DNA of 64,000 bases from Octopus sinensis (lineage: Eukaryota): positions 37,572,001 through 37,636,000 of the forward strand of contig NC_042999.1 of the NCBI RefSeq assembly GCF_006345805.1, read 5' to 3'. The first letter of the stretch is position 1. Each line of letters begins with the position of its first letter. Of this stretch, positions 1-12,720 are shown one piece after another. The notes under the pieces were generated by a model. It saw only the letters and a program-made list of their open reading frames with translations, searched no databases and was not told where the DNA came from. The position numbers and the translations under genes are program-made.

Positions 1-2847
1 TCTGAGACTCGGCTCGGCATTGAATCCCCAACCGCTGCATAAGTGCCTCAACTGGCCTCGGCCTCGAGACCTCCGACATCTTGTTATAGAACTTGCTATT
101 GTGTACCTCATGAACTGGTAAACTAATTCCATCTTAACTTAATATGCTGAGACATTCATCTTATGCTTGTATATCTTTTATGTGCATACACTATTATTTG
201 TACTTTCTGACGAAAACACAGATCAAATACTATGCGCACGCATTCAGACACAACACTTCGCTAGGCACTCACAACACACTGTCTTTGTACACATGGTAAA
301 GTCTTCTCTCTCAGACAGTAGAACGGTTTGTCGTCTTTCAGTCATTCCTTTTGTCACTGTATTTTATATCATGTATTTAGCTTCTTATTTTGTTAGGGGC
401 GACCGTGCGGCGTTCTAAAGGAGATATTTGTCACCAACGCCTTACGTACGGTCGTCTATTCCTACATATATATATTTATTTATATACATATATTCCTTTT
501 TTTACTCTTTTTATTTGTTTCAGTCATTTGACTGCGGCCATGCTGGAGAACCACCTTTAGACTATATCAAATCGACCTTAAGACTTATTCTTTGTAAGCC
601 TAGTACTTATTCTATCGGTGTCTTCTGCTGAACCACTAAGTTACGGGGACGTAATCACACCAGTATCGGTTATCAAGCGATGGTGGGGGACACACACAGC
701 CTCACAAACACACACACACACACACACACAAACGCATATACGACGGGCTTCTTTCAGTTTCCGTCTACAAATCCACTCACAAGGGTTTAGTTGGCCTGAG
801 GCTATAGTAGAAGACACTTACCCAAGGTGTCACGCTGTGGGACTGAACCCGGAACCATGCGGTTGGTAAGCAAGCTACTTACCACACCACCACTTCTATA
901 TAGGCGTAGGAGTGGCTGTGTGGGAAGTAGCTTGTTTACCAACAACATGGTTCCGGGTTTAGTCCCACTGCGTGGCACTTTGGGTAGTTATATATATTTT
1001 TAAAAATTATAAATATAAATTCTCAAATAAAAGGCGTGACCTCTAGGACAAAATTCCTCATCTTATAAAGTGTGGCCCCAGTAGACCCGAATGAAATCGG
1101 GTTATATTAACCAAAATGTAAAAAGGGGTCTAAATGGGGCTGGAAGGGGATTAAAATTTACAGGAGCGGGTGTTTAGGAATTCTCTGTTACATCAAGCTA
1201 AAAAATTTGCGCCAGCCTTTTAATCGTCAATGTGTTGCCGTCCATGATGAAGAAGTTTTGAATGCTTGCCATGGTGAGTCTACTGTCGTGAGAAAGAATC
1301 ACTTCAAAACTTGGTGTTTAGGAATTTTCTTTTACATCAAGTTCAAAATTTTACGCCAGCCGTTAAACTGTCAATACGTTGCTGTCCGTCGTTAAGAAAT
1401 GCCAGCCATGGTGACTCTACTATCCTCAGATTCTACCCCTTCAAACTTTGGTTTCCAATATTTTATTATTTTTATTCAGCTCGCAAGTTCGTCTGTCCCT
1501 TTTAAATGTTAGTGTTTTGCTGTCTGCCTTGAAGCAGACCTTTCCGTTCTCACTGCCTGATATTTATGATTGATCTTTCAAAATATTTTATTTCTCAACT
1601 TACTCAAGATCTTTTGTTGTTTATAAATGGGAGAGAGATAGATAAAGATAGAGAGTAAGAGAAAGCGAGGGAGAGTCCGAGAGAAAAAAAAAGTAAGAGA
1701 GTGGGAAAGTGAGAGAGAAAGGAGAGAGAAACAAAGAGGGAGAATCATCATCATCATCATGGTTTAACGTCCGTTTTCCGTGCTAGCACGGGTTGGACAG
1801 TTTGACCGGGGTCTGGGAAGCCAGGAGGCTGCACCAGGCTCCAGTCTGATCTGGCAGTGTTTCTACAGCTGGATGCCCTTCCTAACACCAACCACTCTGT
1901 GAGTGTAGTGGGTGCTTTTTTCGTGCCACCGGCACAAGTGCCAGGGGGCTGGCAGCGGCCACGATCGGTTGGTGCTTTTTACGTGCCACCGGCACAGAAG
2001 CCAGTCAAGGCGGTGCTGTCATCGGCCACGTTCGGATGGTGCTTTTTACGTGCTGAAAGGAAGCAACAGAAAGTAACAACCACACTCTTACCCGCGCGTA
2101 GAGCGGGTCACCTTAAGCTTGTATATATATATAAATGCAACTACGGTAGTAGTTGAATAATATTCTTAAGGCCGCAATTTACTCACACGCAGCATCTTTG
2201 AGAGCTTATCGCTAATTCAGTTCTTAACCAAATTGAAAACTGTTAACATTATGGAAGAGGACTGGTCCCTAGCTACATTTTGGAATTAAAAAAATTGAGA
2301 TTTGGTCCAGTAGAAAAAAGTTTCCATCAAAATTTTTAACAACGTTATAAGAGAGTAAGTAACGCCTCCAATCAAGTTTAGATCTAAATAACTTTTTTAT
2401 TTTAAAAACAAAGTATATTTATCTTAGCTTCAATGACAGAAGGAAGCCTGAAAAATTTCATAGTTTTGGTCCCAGGCAACAAAAATTTGTATAAAAAAAG
2501 TTGTGAGGTAAAATATAAGGAAAAATATAAGGCAAAAAATTGGATTGAAGTATAATTAATTGTTTTTATATTTTAAAAACAAACTATATTAAACATAAAT
2601 GATAGAGCTCAATTCGAGGAATGGCATGGTATCAATCTCATGCAATGAAGTGTTAAAAGAAAAGTGTTTGTTTCTCAAATTTGAGGGTGATATAGTTCTA
2701 TAATACGGCTTTTAATGTATGTCCCCGGCATCATTGAGGTAAGGAAAAATTATCAATGGCACCACTAATTGACACATTTGACACATTATTAATTAGTATA
2801 ATAGTATAACCTGGAAAAAACATAGATTACATGTGAAAATGTGTGCC

Positions 2848-3646
2848 AGAGAAATAATATTTTGAAGATTATAAACCTGAAAAGTACATGACAAGTTATT
2901 ACACCTGGTAAAGTACAGAACAAGAAATTTTTTACGTAAAATATTACAGCTAAGGATAAAATTTGAACTTTAAAACTCATTTGATTTTAATTTACAAAGT
3001 AACATTGTAATTTGAAAAGATACCATCATTTTGTTAAAATATTGACACACTAGAATACTTTAAAAATGTGAGCCAGAAGAACCAATATAGCTTAAAGTTT
3101 TATGCAAAGTAGAATAGTATATATGGTAGAGAGATTCTTTATGTAAAAGATGGGCATTGGGTCAAGACTAAAAAGGTGAAGACTTGGCAATACCTTAGGC
3201 AATAACTCAAGCAAATTTCACGGTGAATTTGTTGTTATAGGTAGATTTTACTATCAATAAAACTAATTTTTATATTATTTTATTTATTGTACTACTATTA
3301 TTTTTATAACCTATTTTCAAATTTCTTATTATTAATTAATAATTAAAAGAATGAAATTTTTAAAATGCAAAAAATATTTTGAGTTATTTTAAATTTTTAA
3401 TAGAAGTAACAAGTAATAACTAATAGAAGTAATAACTTATAATAAAATCTTTAGCTTTAATAAAAGCGAATATTTTCTAAATCTAAATGTTTTATTTGAA
3501 ATTTTATCTTTAGCTGCAATATTTTAAGTAAAAAATTTCTTGTTCTGTACTTTACCAGATGTAATAAGTTGTCCTGAACTTTTCCAAGTGTAATAACTTG
3601 TCCTGTATGTTTCCAGGTTTATAATCTCAAGAATATTATACCTCTC
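2848..3646. mobile_element. Degenerate long-TIR DNA element
   Basis: About 2848-2968 is an imperfect reverse complement of about 3498-3646. Confidence 0.55.
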
Positions 3647-3649
3647 GCT

Positions 3650-3698
<49 letters not shown>

Positions 3699-3732
3699 TA
3701 TATATTATATATATATATTATATATATATATA

Positions 3733-4576
3733 TGAGGAAAGAAGGCTACGAATGACCCGTCTTTTTTGCCTGTCCGTCTTTGAATCGTATATCTGTCCGA
3801 ATGTTTTATTGTTCTCTATTCCGGTTTTGTTCCATTTTTATATTTATATGTAAATATAGCGGCGTACGTACACACTTATAGTAGGTGTATATCTAAATTT
3901 TGTACGATCTTTTACTCTAGCTTTTAGTCCCCCTCATACTACCTCTTTTCTTTTTCTCACACTCCCTCTCTCTCTCTCTCTCTCTCTCACATTTCTTAGC
4001 CCTCTCTTTCTTTAACTCCCACTTTTCCTCTTCGTTTATCTCCTTTCCCTTTGTCTCTGATTTTTTCTAATCCTTCAATCCCGCTGCCCCCTACACCTCT
4101 CTCCTCCTTCCACGTGACCGATGTCCGGCCAGCCGTTATCTTTCTTTCTTGGCCTGACCGCCAACACCTCTTTTGTTCATCTATGTTCCTGTCTTTAGGC
4201 TTTCACTTCATACACGCCAGCTCAATTTGATTCGCTCTCAGTCGAAGGACACCTGTTGTCTATATTCTTGTTATTTGTATTTGTAATTTGCACCATGTTC
4301 TCCGTTTTTTGCCTTTGTTGCCGTACACAATCGCTAGCTTTCTTACAAAAAAATCTAATACTCTTAGCTTAGACTTTGTGAGGGGAGGGTCAACAAGATC
4401 GAACTGTCCCAAGTGTAACTGTCCGAAACAGTAAGGACTTCTGGTAACTTGACTGAGGAAAGAAGGCCACGAATGCCCGACTTTTTTTTGCCTGTCTTCT
4501 AATTGTTGTTTTTCCTGTCCGCCTTTATATCGTATATCTGTCCGAATGTTTTTATGTCCACTAGTGCGTTTTTATT

Positions 4577-4580
<4 letters not shown>
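3733..4580 (+). repeat. Element with direct terminal repeats between (TA)n tracts
   Basis: TGAGGAAAGAAGGC...TCGTATATCTGTCCGAATGTTTT occurs at about 3733 and about 4454. Confidence 0.6.
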
Positions 4581-4662
<82 letters not shown>

Positions 4663-4964
4663 TTTTAGTTTCTGCTCAGAGCTGCGGCCATGCTTCGGGA
4701 GTATAACTCCAAACTTACAGGGAAAAATTCAATTTAGTATTAAATCAAATTTCACAATATAAATATATAAAGTATAAATTAGAGATAAAACCACTATTAT
4801 GCAACTCAAACAGTGATAGACATAAACCAATACGTAAATAACAAGCAGTATATATAATATATTATAATATATAATAATAATTATTATATATATTACTTGT
4901 TATTTATGCATTGGTTTATGTCTATCACTGTTTGAGTTGAATAATAGTAGTTTTATCTCTAATC

Positions 4965-5247
4965 TATATTATATATATATATATATACTATATATATATA
5001 TATATACGTATGTGTGTGTATATATATATATGTCTTTTGTTTATTTTCATAAAGCTTCCCGTTATATATATATATATATATATATATACGTATGTGTATA
5101 TATATATATGTATATATATATACGTATGTGTATATATATATATATGTATATATATATATACGTATGTATGTATATATATATGTATGTATATATATGTATA
5201 TATATATACGTATGTTATATATATATCTATATATATATACGTATGTG

Positions 5248-5278
<31 letters not shown>

Positions 5279-5356
5279 GTATGTGTGTATGTATATATAT
5301 AATATACGTATGTGTGTATATATATATACGTATGTGTATATATATATATATATACG

Positions 5357-5395
<39 letters not shown>

Positions 5396-5654
5396 CGTAT
5401 GTATATATATATATATATACGTATGTATATATATATACGTATTATATATATATATACATACGTATGTATATATACGTATGTATATATATATATATACACG
5501 TATGTATATATATATACGTATATATATATATATACGTATGTTATATATATATACGTATGTATATATATATACGTATGTGTATATATTATATACGTATGTG
5601 TATATATATATATATACGTATGTGTATATATATATTATATATATATTATATACG

Positions 5655-5695
<41 letters not shown>

Positions 5696-5885
5696 TATAA
5701 TATATACGTATGTGTATATATATTATATATACGTATGTGTATATATATGTGCTTATATATATACATGTGTATATATATACGTATGTATATATATGTGTGT
5801 TTATATATATACATGCATATATATATATGTTATACATATACATATAAATATATATAAAACATACATACACACATACATACATACA
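4965..5885. repeat. Complex (TA)n/TACGTATG microsatellite; source of many spurious YI-rich ORFs
   Basis: Direct reading. Confidence 0.98.
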
Positions 5886-5980
5886 AATAGTTCAAATGTA
5901 TAGAAAGCAAAAGACGAAGAGAGGTAAGGGAACAACAAGCAGGTGTACTAGTTTGAGACCCGGGAAAAAAATTGAAAAGT

Positions 5981-6016
5981 CTTTCACGTTTCGAGCCAAT
6001 GCTCTTCGACAGAAAG
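5981..6016 (-). ncRNA. Variant-core hammerhead-like motif (CUGUCGA)
   Basis: cttt-CTGTCGA-agagc attg gctc-GAAACGTG-aaag. A related copy at 19862-19899 (+) ends GAAACGTC-aaaga. The core deviates from CUGANGA. Confidence 0.45.
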
Positions 6017-7037
6017 GGTTGAGAGTAAGAAAATGGTGAGAGAATGAAAAAAACGGAGAGAGAAAGAATATATATTGGGATTACCGGTTCAAAACACACA
6101 CACACACATGCACACGCATGCACGCACACACAAACACACACGCCTGCACGCACACACATTCATATATGCATACTTACATGCATGCATACTTACATACATA
6201 CATATATGCATATACACATAGATATTGGTATGTAAGAAAATAAGACTGTGCGTTGTTTTTATGGATGCAGTATAATACGAAGTCATAATAGGTAGATGAA
6301 ACAAAAAATACCCTTCACCAGCTTTTTCTTGGAATGTTTGAAGTTTCGATGCCTTAGGCAAAACCGCTATTCTAATGACGTCAACAACCATCGTATGCAG
6401 TTGCTAGGAAATTGTTGCAGTGGAACTGTGACACAACACACTAGAAAAAATATTAAGCAGAACAAAAAACAAAAAAGAAAACTATGAAACCAACAAACGC
6501 GACCATGCCTTCATCAAAATATCCTCTTGTGAGGATTTTCGTGGTGTGGGCGATTTGGACGTATTACACGACCCCCGGATACGGTTGTCAGAGAATCGAC
6601 AAAAGTGCTGAGGCACAAAAGACAGGAAAAACGTAAGGAAAATATATAGAATATATAGTTAAGTTTTATAATGAATGAGACAGGAAAGACACGTGGGCAA
6701 GGGATATGGTAAAGACTTGGACAGAAAAGAGAAACGACAGTAATAAGTACGACGCTAAAAGTAAAAAAACCAATAAATGATTAGGTACTTGGAGAAACGT
6801 TCTTGAGCAAATAATGTTGAAGTGGGAGGAGGACAAAGAGAAATTGGTGAGTTCACTAAAGAAATGAAATGAGAAAGAAAGATAACAGGTCAGAGACCAA
6901 AGGAAGTATCAAGCTGGGAATAGAAAGAGAAAAGAGATAGAGTAAAGGGAGATAAATAGTGAAGAGAGAGAAGGGAGGGAGGAATAGATGGCAAAGAGAG
7001 AAAGAAAGAAACATAGCAGTATTTTAAACAATACATA

Positions 7038-7452
7038 GGCGCAGGAGTGGCTGTGTGGTAAGTAGCTTGCCTACCAACCACATGGTTCTGGGTTCAGTCC
7101 CACTGCGTGGCATCTTGGGCAAGTGTCTTCTGCTATAGCCTCGGGCCGACCAATGCCTTGTGAGTGGATTTGGTAGACGGAAACTGAAAGAAGCCTGTCG
7201 TATATATGTATATATATGTATGTATGTGTATGTATATGTTTGTGTGTCTGTGTTTGTCCCTCTAGCATTGCTTGACAACCGATGCTGGTGTGTTTACGTC
7301 CCTGTCACTTAGCGGTTCGGCAAAAGAGACCGATAGAATAAGTACTGGGCTTACAAAGAATAAGTCCCGGGGTCGATTCGCTCAACTAAAGGCGGTGCTA
7401 CAGCATGGCCGCAGTCAAATGACTGAAACAAGTAAAAGAGTAAAGAGTAAAT
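7038..7452 (+). mobile_element. tRNA-derived SINE family A (head GGCGCAGGAGTGGCTGTGTGGTAAG, CORE-like CCTTGGGCAAGT, internal TA/TG microsatellite), representative copy
   Basis: Many similar copies, approximate coordinates. Minus: 503-897, 8696-9099, 9503-9928, 13180-13895, 13895-14805, 16665-17037, 21788-22200, 33965-34372, 36917-37320, 44888-45318, 52826-53172, 61492-62083. Plus: 9152-9451, 41860-42197, 47965-48240, 60326-60682. Confidence 0.9.
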
Positions 7453-7936
7453 ACAGTGGCTTCTACATAAACTGTAGAAACAAATAAAATAAATACAAAA
7501 TATTCCTTACTTGTAATCACTCTTTCATGATTTTCATGATTTCAACGCCACAAGAAGTAAAGTTATAATAGTAGCATCAACAGCTATCGGAAAGCTTAAC
7601 CGTATATAATTTTTACTAATGCTTCTTTTGGTCTTTTATGTCTTGTCTCCACCTTGTCAATTCCCTTAACGCTTCATGATTTATTGCTTACCGTAATCGC
7701 TTTGTTCTTATAAATGTATTGACATGTAATTTATTTTCACCCTATACAAGAGCAGAATTGAATGCTGTAGTTGATACTTCAAAATGGCTCCCCGATGAGA
7801 TGGTCCTTATGAATCACGTAATAAACGGACAATGATGTAAAAGTTAAGACAAGATATAGGAATGGATATTTTCTGAAATATCACCGATACTATTTTCGCT
7901 CAAATGCATACATACATGCACGAATAAGTGCATACA

Positions 7937-8012
<76 letters not shown>

Positions 8013-8029
8013 ACCTTCCCTTCTTGGGA

Positions 8030-8685
8030 CACAAAACTCTACTTGTGAAGACGTGTTGAGGCAAGTGAGGATCAGAATCGAAATCGATCAATGGAAATTG
8101 CGGATGTGCTACCAGTGCCGGTGGCATGTCGAAACTCTGCTTGTGAAGACCCATTGAGGCAAGTGAGGATCAGAATCGAAATCGATCAATGGAAATCGAT
8201 CAATGGAAATTGCGGATGTGCTACCAGTGCCGGTGGCATGTCGAAACTCTGCTTGTGAAGACCCATTGAGGCAAGTGAGGATCAGAATCGAAATCGATCA
8301 ATGGAAATCGATCAATGGAAATTGCAGATGTGTTACCAGTGCCGGTGGCATGTACGAGAACTTTCCGTTTCGCGACCATTGCCAGCACCGCCCCGTTTCG
8401 TGTCCGTTGCCAGCCTCGCCTGGCCCTCGTGCCGGTGGCACATAAAAAGCACCATCCGTTCGTGGCCGTTTGCCAGCTCTGTCTGGCACCAGTGCGGGTG
8501 GCACGTAAAAAGCACCCACTACACTCACGGAGTGGTTGGCGTTAGGAAGGGCATCCAGCCGTAGAAACACTGCCAGATTTGACTGGGCCTGATGAAGTCT
8601 TCTGGCTTCACAGACCCCAGTAGAACCGTCCAACCCATGCTAGCATGGAAAACGGACGCTAAATGATGATGATGATGATGATGAT
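8030..8685 (+). mobile_element. Family B: non-autonomous element with RTE-type 3' tail ending (GAT)n and internal GTGCCGGTGGCACGTAAAAAGCACC subrepeats, representative copy
   Basis: Shared GGTTGGCGTTAGGAAGGGCATCCAGC...AACCCATGCTAGCATGG...(GAT)n. Other copies, approximate. Minus: 1745-2052, 17703-17960, 29335-29742, 37814-38086, 40792-41500, 51241-51492, 58472-58788. Plus: 31525-31862, 43163-43435, 57332-57670, 60938-61302. The RTE assignment is from recalled tail similarity. Confidence 0.8.
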
Positions 8686-9307
8686 ATATATATATTTTAC
8701 TCTTTTACTTGTTTCAGTCATTTGACTGTGGCCATGCTGGAGCACCGCCTTTAATCGAGCAACTCGACCCTGGGACTTATTCTTTGTAAGCCCAGTACTT
8801 ATTCTATCGGTCTCTTTTGCCGAACCGCTAAGTGACGGGGACATAAACACACCAGCATCGGTTGTCAAGCAATGCTAGGGGGACAAACACAGACACACAA
8901 ACATACACGCACACACATATATATATACATATATACGACAGACTTCTTTCAGTTTCTGTCTACCAAATCCACTCACAAGGCTTTGGTTGGCCCGAGGCTA
9001 TAGTAAAAAACACTTGCCCAAGGTGCCGCGCAGTGGGACTGAACCCGGAACCATGTGGTTGGTAAGCAAGCTACTTACCACACAACCACTCCTGCGCCTG
9101 TAATATATATATATATATATATACACACGCACATTTATATATGTGTATATATAGTGACTGTGTGGTAAGTAGCTTGCTTACCAACCACATGGTTCCCGGT
9201 TCAGTCCCACTGCATGGCACCTTGGGCAAGTGTCTTCTACTATAGCCTCAGGCTGACCAAAACCTTGTGAGTGGATTTGGTAGACAGAAACTGAAAGAAG
9301 CCCGTTG

Positions 9308-9342
<35 letters not shown>

Positions 9343-9727
9343 ATACGTTTGTGTGGCTGTGTCTGTCCACCCAACATCGCTTGGCAACTGATGCTGGTGT
9401 ATTTACGTCCCCGTAACTTAGCAAAAGAGACTGATAGAATAAGTACTAGGCAATTTTTGTATTCATTTGGTGTCAGTACAGGACATCCTGAGCTGAGATA
9501 GTCTTACTCTTTTTACTCTTTTACTTGTTTCAGTCTTTTGACTGTGGCCATGCTGGAGCACCACCTTTAGTTGAGCAAATCGACCCCAGGACTTATTCTT
9601 TAGAAGCTTAGTACTTATTCTATCAGTCTCTTTTGCCACACCACTAAGTTATGGGGACATAAATACACCAGCATCGGTTGTCAAGCGATGTTGGGGGACA
9701 TACAAAGACACACAAACATATACACAC

Positions 9728-9764
<37 letters not shown>

Positions 9765-9925
9765 CGATGGGCTTCTTTCAGTTTCCGTCTACTAAATCCA
9801 CTCACAAGGCTTTGGTCGGCCCGAGGCTATAGTAGAAGACACTTGCCCAAGGTGCCATGCAGTGGGACTGAACCCGGAACCATGTGGTTGGTAAGCAAGC
9901 TACTTACCACACAGCCACTCCTGCG

Positions 9926-10315
9926 CCTTGCTCTATTGTTTTTTTCAAATGTGTCACAGAATCTGCATCTTGAGTCAGAACTGTTCTGAAGAATGTTGAC
10001 CAGGTAGTTTTTGATAGGAAAGCTTTGATATTGTACTACCAATATGAAACCTTCAGTCTCTGCTTTCAGTCCTGAACCTCTCAGCCACTGATGGTTTGTT
10101 GGTTGGTCTACATCAGCATTTCAACTTCGAAGAATATACTGTCCATGCAGAGGCTTCTGGCTCCACCACTCCTCAATTTGTTTCTGCCCGTTCTTTTTTG
10201 CAGCCTGCTTGATCCCTTGTGCTTGTTTTGTGGCAGTGGTTTCAGGTTCTTCATCTTATTCAGGGTTAATGCCAAGTTCCCTTGCGAATTTGCAAGCTTC
10301 TTTGACAATAGAATG
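9926..10315 (-). mobile_element. Non-LTR retrotransposon fragment, R4/Dong-like ORF C-terminus (before the zinc knuckle)
   Basis: Translation ETEGFILVVQYQSFPIKNYLVNILQNSSDSRCRFCD resembles the ETEG..AAQDQ...CR.C region of REL-endonuclease elements. Confidence 0.7.
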
Positions 10316-10794
10316 TAATTTTTGGCTGCTTTCATGTTATCATTGTTATTATCATTATTATTATTATTGTTGCTATCATCATCATCATCATCATCATGAT
10401 TATTATTATTATAATCATCATAATTATTATCATTATCATCATTGTTGTTGTTGTAGCATAATGAAATAATAGATTGAAGTAATGGGATCTGAATACTAAT
10501 TTGTTGAGGTGTTTAAAAATATGACAGAAACATTGGAGAGCATTCGAAAAGGTCAATGAATGAATCACTTAAAAGCAGTGTCTCTAATTGCATGATATTT
10601 GATTTGGAAACAAACAAAAGAAGTTGCAATCACAGAAAAATATTGCTTCTTCATTGTTTCTAATTAAAGCTGACATTTTCAAGTGAGAAATCACATTATC
10701 TTATAGTTTTGAATGGTTATTGCATTTAAAGAGTTTCATTCATCTATTTTCTTCACATTAGCAAAAATGTCAACTATCGAAAGAGAAAAAAACA

Positions 10795-10990
10795 TTGTTC
10801 TATATTTAAGAGATGAGGAATTATGTGCATTATTTACATTATTTACTTTTGACGGATATTTGTCCTCATCTTTGTTGTTAATACAACGTTTCAGCTGATA
10901 CACCCTCCAACCTTCATCAGGTGTCTTGGGGAAATTTTGAACCTGGGTTCTCATTCCTAAGGTATTTTTGATGTTATTATTATTATTATA
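10795..10990 (-). mobile_element. 5'-truncated hammerhead-SINE copy
   Basis: Aligns by eye with 50095-50290. Confidence 0.8.
10880..10925 (-). ncRNA. Minimal hammerhead in the tail of the tRNA-headed SINE family
   Basis: gacac-CTGATGA-aggttgg agggtgta tcagct-GAAACGTT-gtatt. Core intact, one stem I mismatch. Degenerate homologues at 38140-38175 (+), 50175-50220 (-), about 56680-56725 (-) and 56845-56890 (+). Confidence 0.75.
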
Positions 10991-11470
10991 ATTATAATTA
11001 TTATTATTATTGAGTGAGAGAGTTGTGCATGCCATCAAAGTGACACTGGGGTAAAATATACAAAGCCCAGTATACCCATCATGACTACCTGTCTGATAAG
11101 GGTACACCAGGCACATGCATCACAACCATATGTGCATGACATGGTGATCTCATATCAAGATAAACAGCGCATGACCTTGCAGGTGGGGCCCAGTTACAAT
11201 TTTTTTCTGGTCGAGTAGTCCATCCCACTCAAAAGGTCCCTGAACAAGGATTGTTTAAGGATGTTGAACGAACCACCTATGTTTCCGAATGTGAATTATC
11301 CAAACCGTTAAGAATTCCTCTCAACACATGGCTATGATGCTCCCCCACTACTTTCTGCTCATGATCAGAGATGCACATATCGTCAGCTACTAAGGGACAT
11401 GCTCAACTGGTTAAGGTCAAACAACTGACAAGCAAATCTGTGGTATTGAGCAGAATATTTGCTGTAGCCC
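10991..11470. repeat. Unclassified interspersed repeat; inverted copy at about 24960-25330
   Basis: About 370 bp align in reverse complement by eye. Confidence 0.75.
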
Positions 11471-11654
11471 ATAGATATAATCGACTATCCCTCTCCACCA
11501 AATTTCAGGCCTTGTACCTATCATAGAAAATATTATCATTATCATTATTATTATCACCACTTTCCTTATTTTAACTCAGGCTTCGTTGGAACCCCTGGAA
11601 TCTTACATGGATTAGTAGGCTTGCTACTTACACCCTATGGAGCCATGCTTTTAT

Positions 11655-12180
11655 TCTCTTCAAGTATCTAGTACTTTCCTGATAATTCTGGCTGTGCCAA
11701 GGAGGTACACTTTTTGCAACAGCTCTACTGGACACTCTACTCCCATTTCCTTTATGTTTTTCTCAATATCTTTTGATACCTTCCCCAAGGCCCCAGGAAT
11801 AATTGGCGCTATCTTTACCTTTCTCATCTTCCACAACCAAACTATTTTGTATTGAAGAGGATTATACACATCTTCTTTCTCATCTTCTTTCTTAACTATC
11901 TCTGAGACAACTGGACATGAAACATCAATTACAAAGCACGCCTAGTTTACTTTGTCCTTCACCAAGATGTCTTGTTTGAATTGGGAAATCCCACAGGACT
12001 TTGCAAGTCACCAATTCAGTCACTCTCTGTGGTTTGTTGTCGTACCATATCTTCCTTCTCTCTCTAATTTCTATTTATTACACAGTTTCCAATGCAGAAC
12101 TATCGCTACCTTATCATGTGCCCACAAGTTATACTGGTTTGGGGAAAATCTAGGACATTCATTTACAATATGGGCAATAG
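11655..12180 (-). mobile_element. R4/Dong-like REL endonuclease fragment (degenerate)
   Basis: ORF end ...LWKMRKVKIAPIIPGALGKVSK...LLQKVYLLGTARIIRKVLDT*, with frameshifts upstream. Confidence 0.75.
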
Positions 12181-12720
12181 TTCCTCCTCCTCCTCCTCCT
12201 ACTCATCTTCTTCTTCTTCTTCTTCCTCCCCTTCTTCCTCCACTTCCTCCTCCGCTTCTTTCTCTTCTTCTGCTTCCTCCTCCTCTTCCACTTCTTCTTC
12301 CTCCTCCTCCTCCTCCCCCTCCTCCTCCTCCGCCTCCTCCTCCTCCCCCTCCTCCTCCTCCTCCTCCCCCTCCTCCCCTTCCGCTTCCTCCACCTCTCCC
12401 CCTCCTCATCTTCCGCTTCCTCCTCTTCCACCACCACCTCCTCCTCTTCTCCCTCCTCTTTCTCTACTTCTTCTTCCTCCTCCTCCGTCTCCCCCATCCT
12501 CGACTTCCTCTTCTCCCTCCTCTTTCTCTACTTCTTCTTCCTCCTCCTCCTCCGCCTCCCCCATCCTCGACTTCCTCTTCTCCCTCCTCTTTCTCTACTT
12601 CTTCTTTCTCCCCTTCCTCGACTTCCTCTTCTCCCTCCTCTTCCTCTTCTTCTTCCTCCTCCTCCTCCTCCTCCTCCTCCTCCCCATCCTCGACTTCCTC
12701 CTCTTCCAAAACCACCACCA
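12181..12720. repeat. (CCT/CTT)n polypyrimidine microsatellite
   Basis: Direct reading; gives spurious poly-P/S/E ORFs. Confidence 0.97.

Noticed and set aside
618-869. Recurrent ORFs such as [32 protein letters not shown] and [21 protein letters not shown]
   Set aside because: Translations of SINE families A and B, not a protein family.
4937-5903. Long YI/CV-rich ORFs (up to 297 aa)
   Set aside because: Translations of the (TA)n/TACGTATG microsatellite.
6335-6525. Long-range hammerhead on the minus strand
   Set aside because: Core lacks C3, and extra bases sit between stem II and GAAA.
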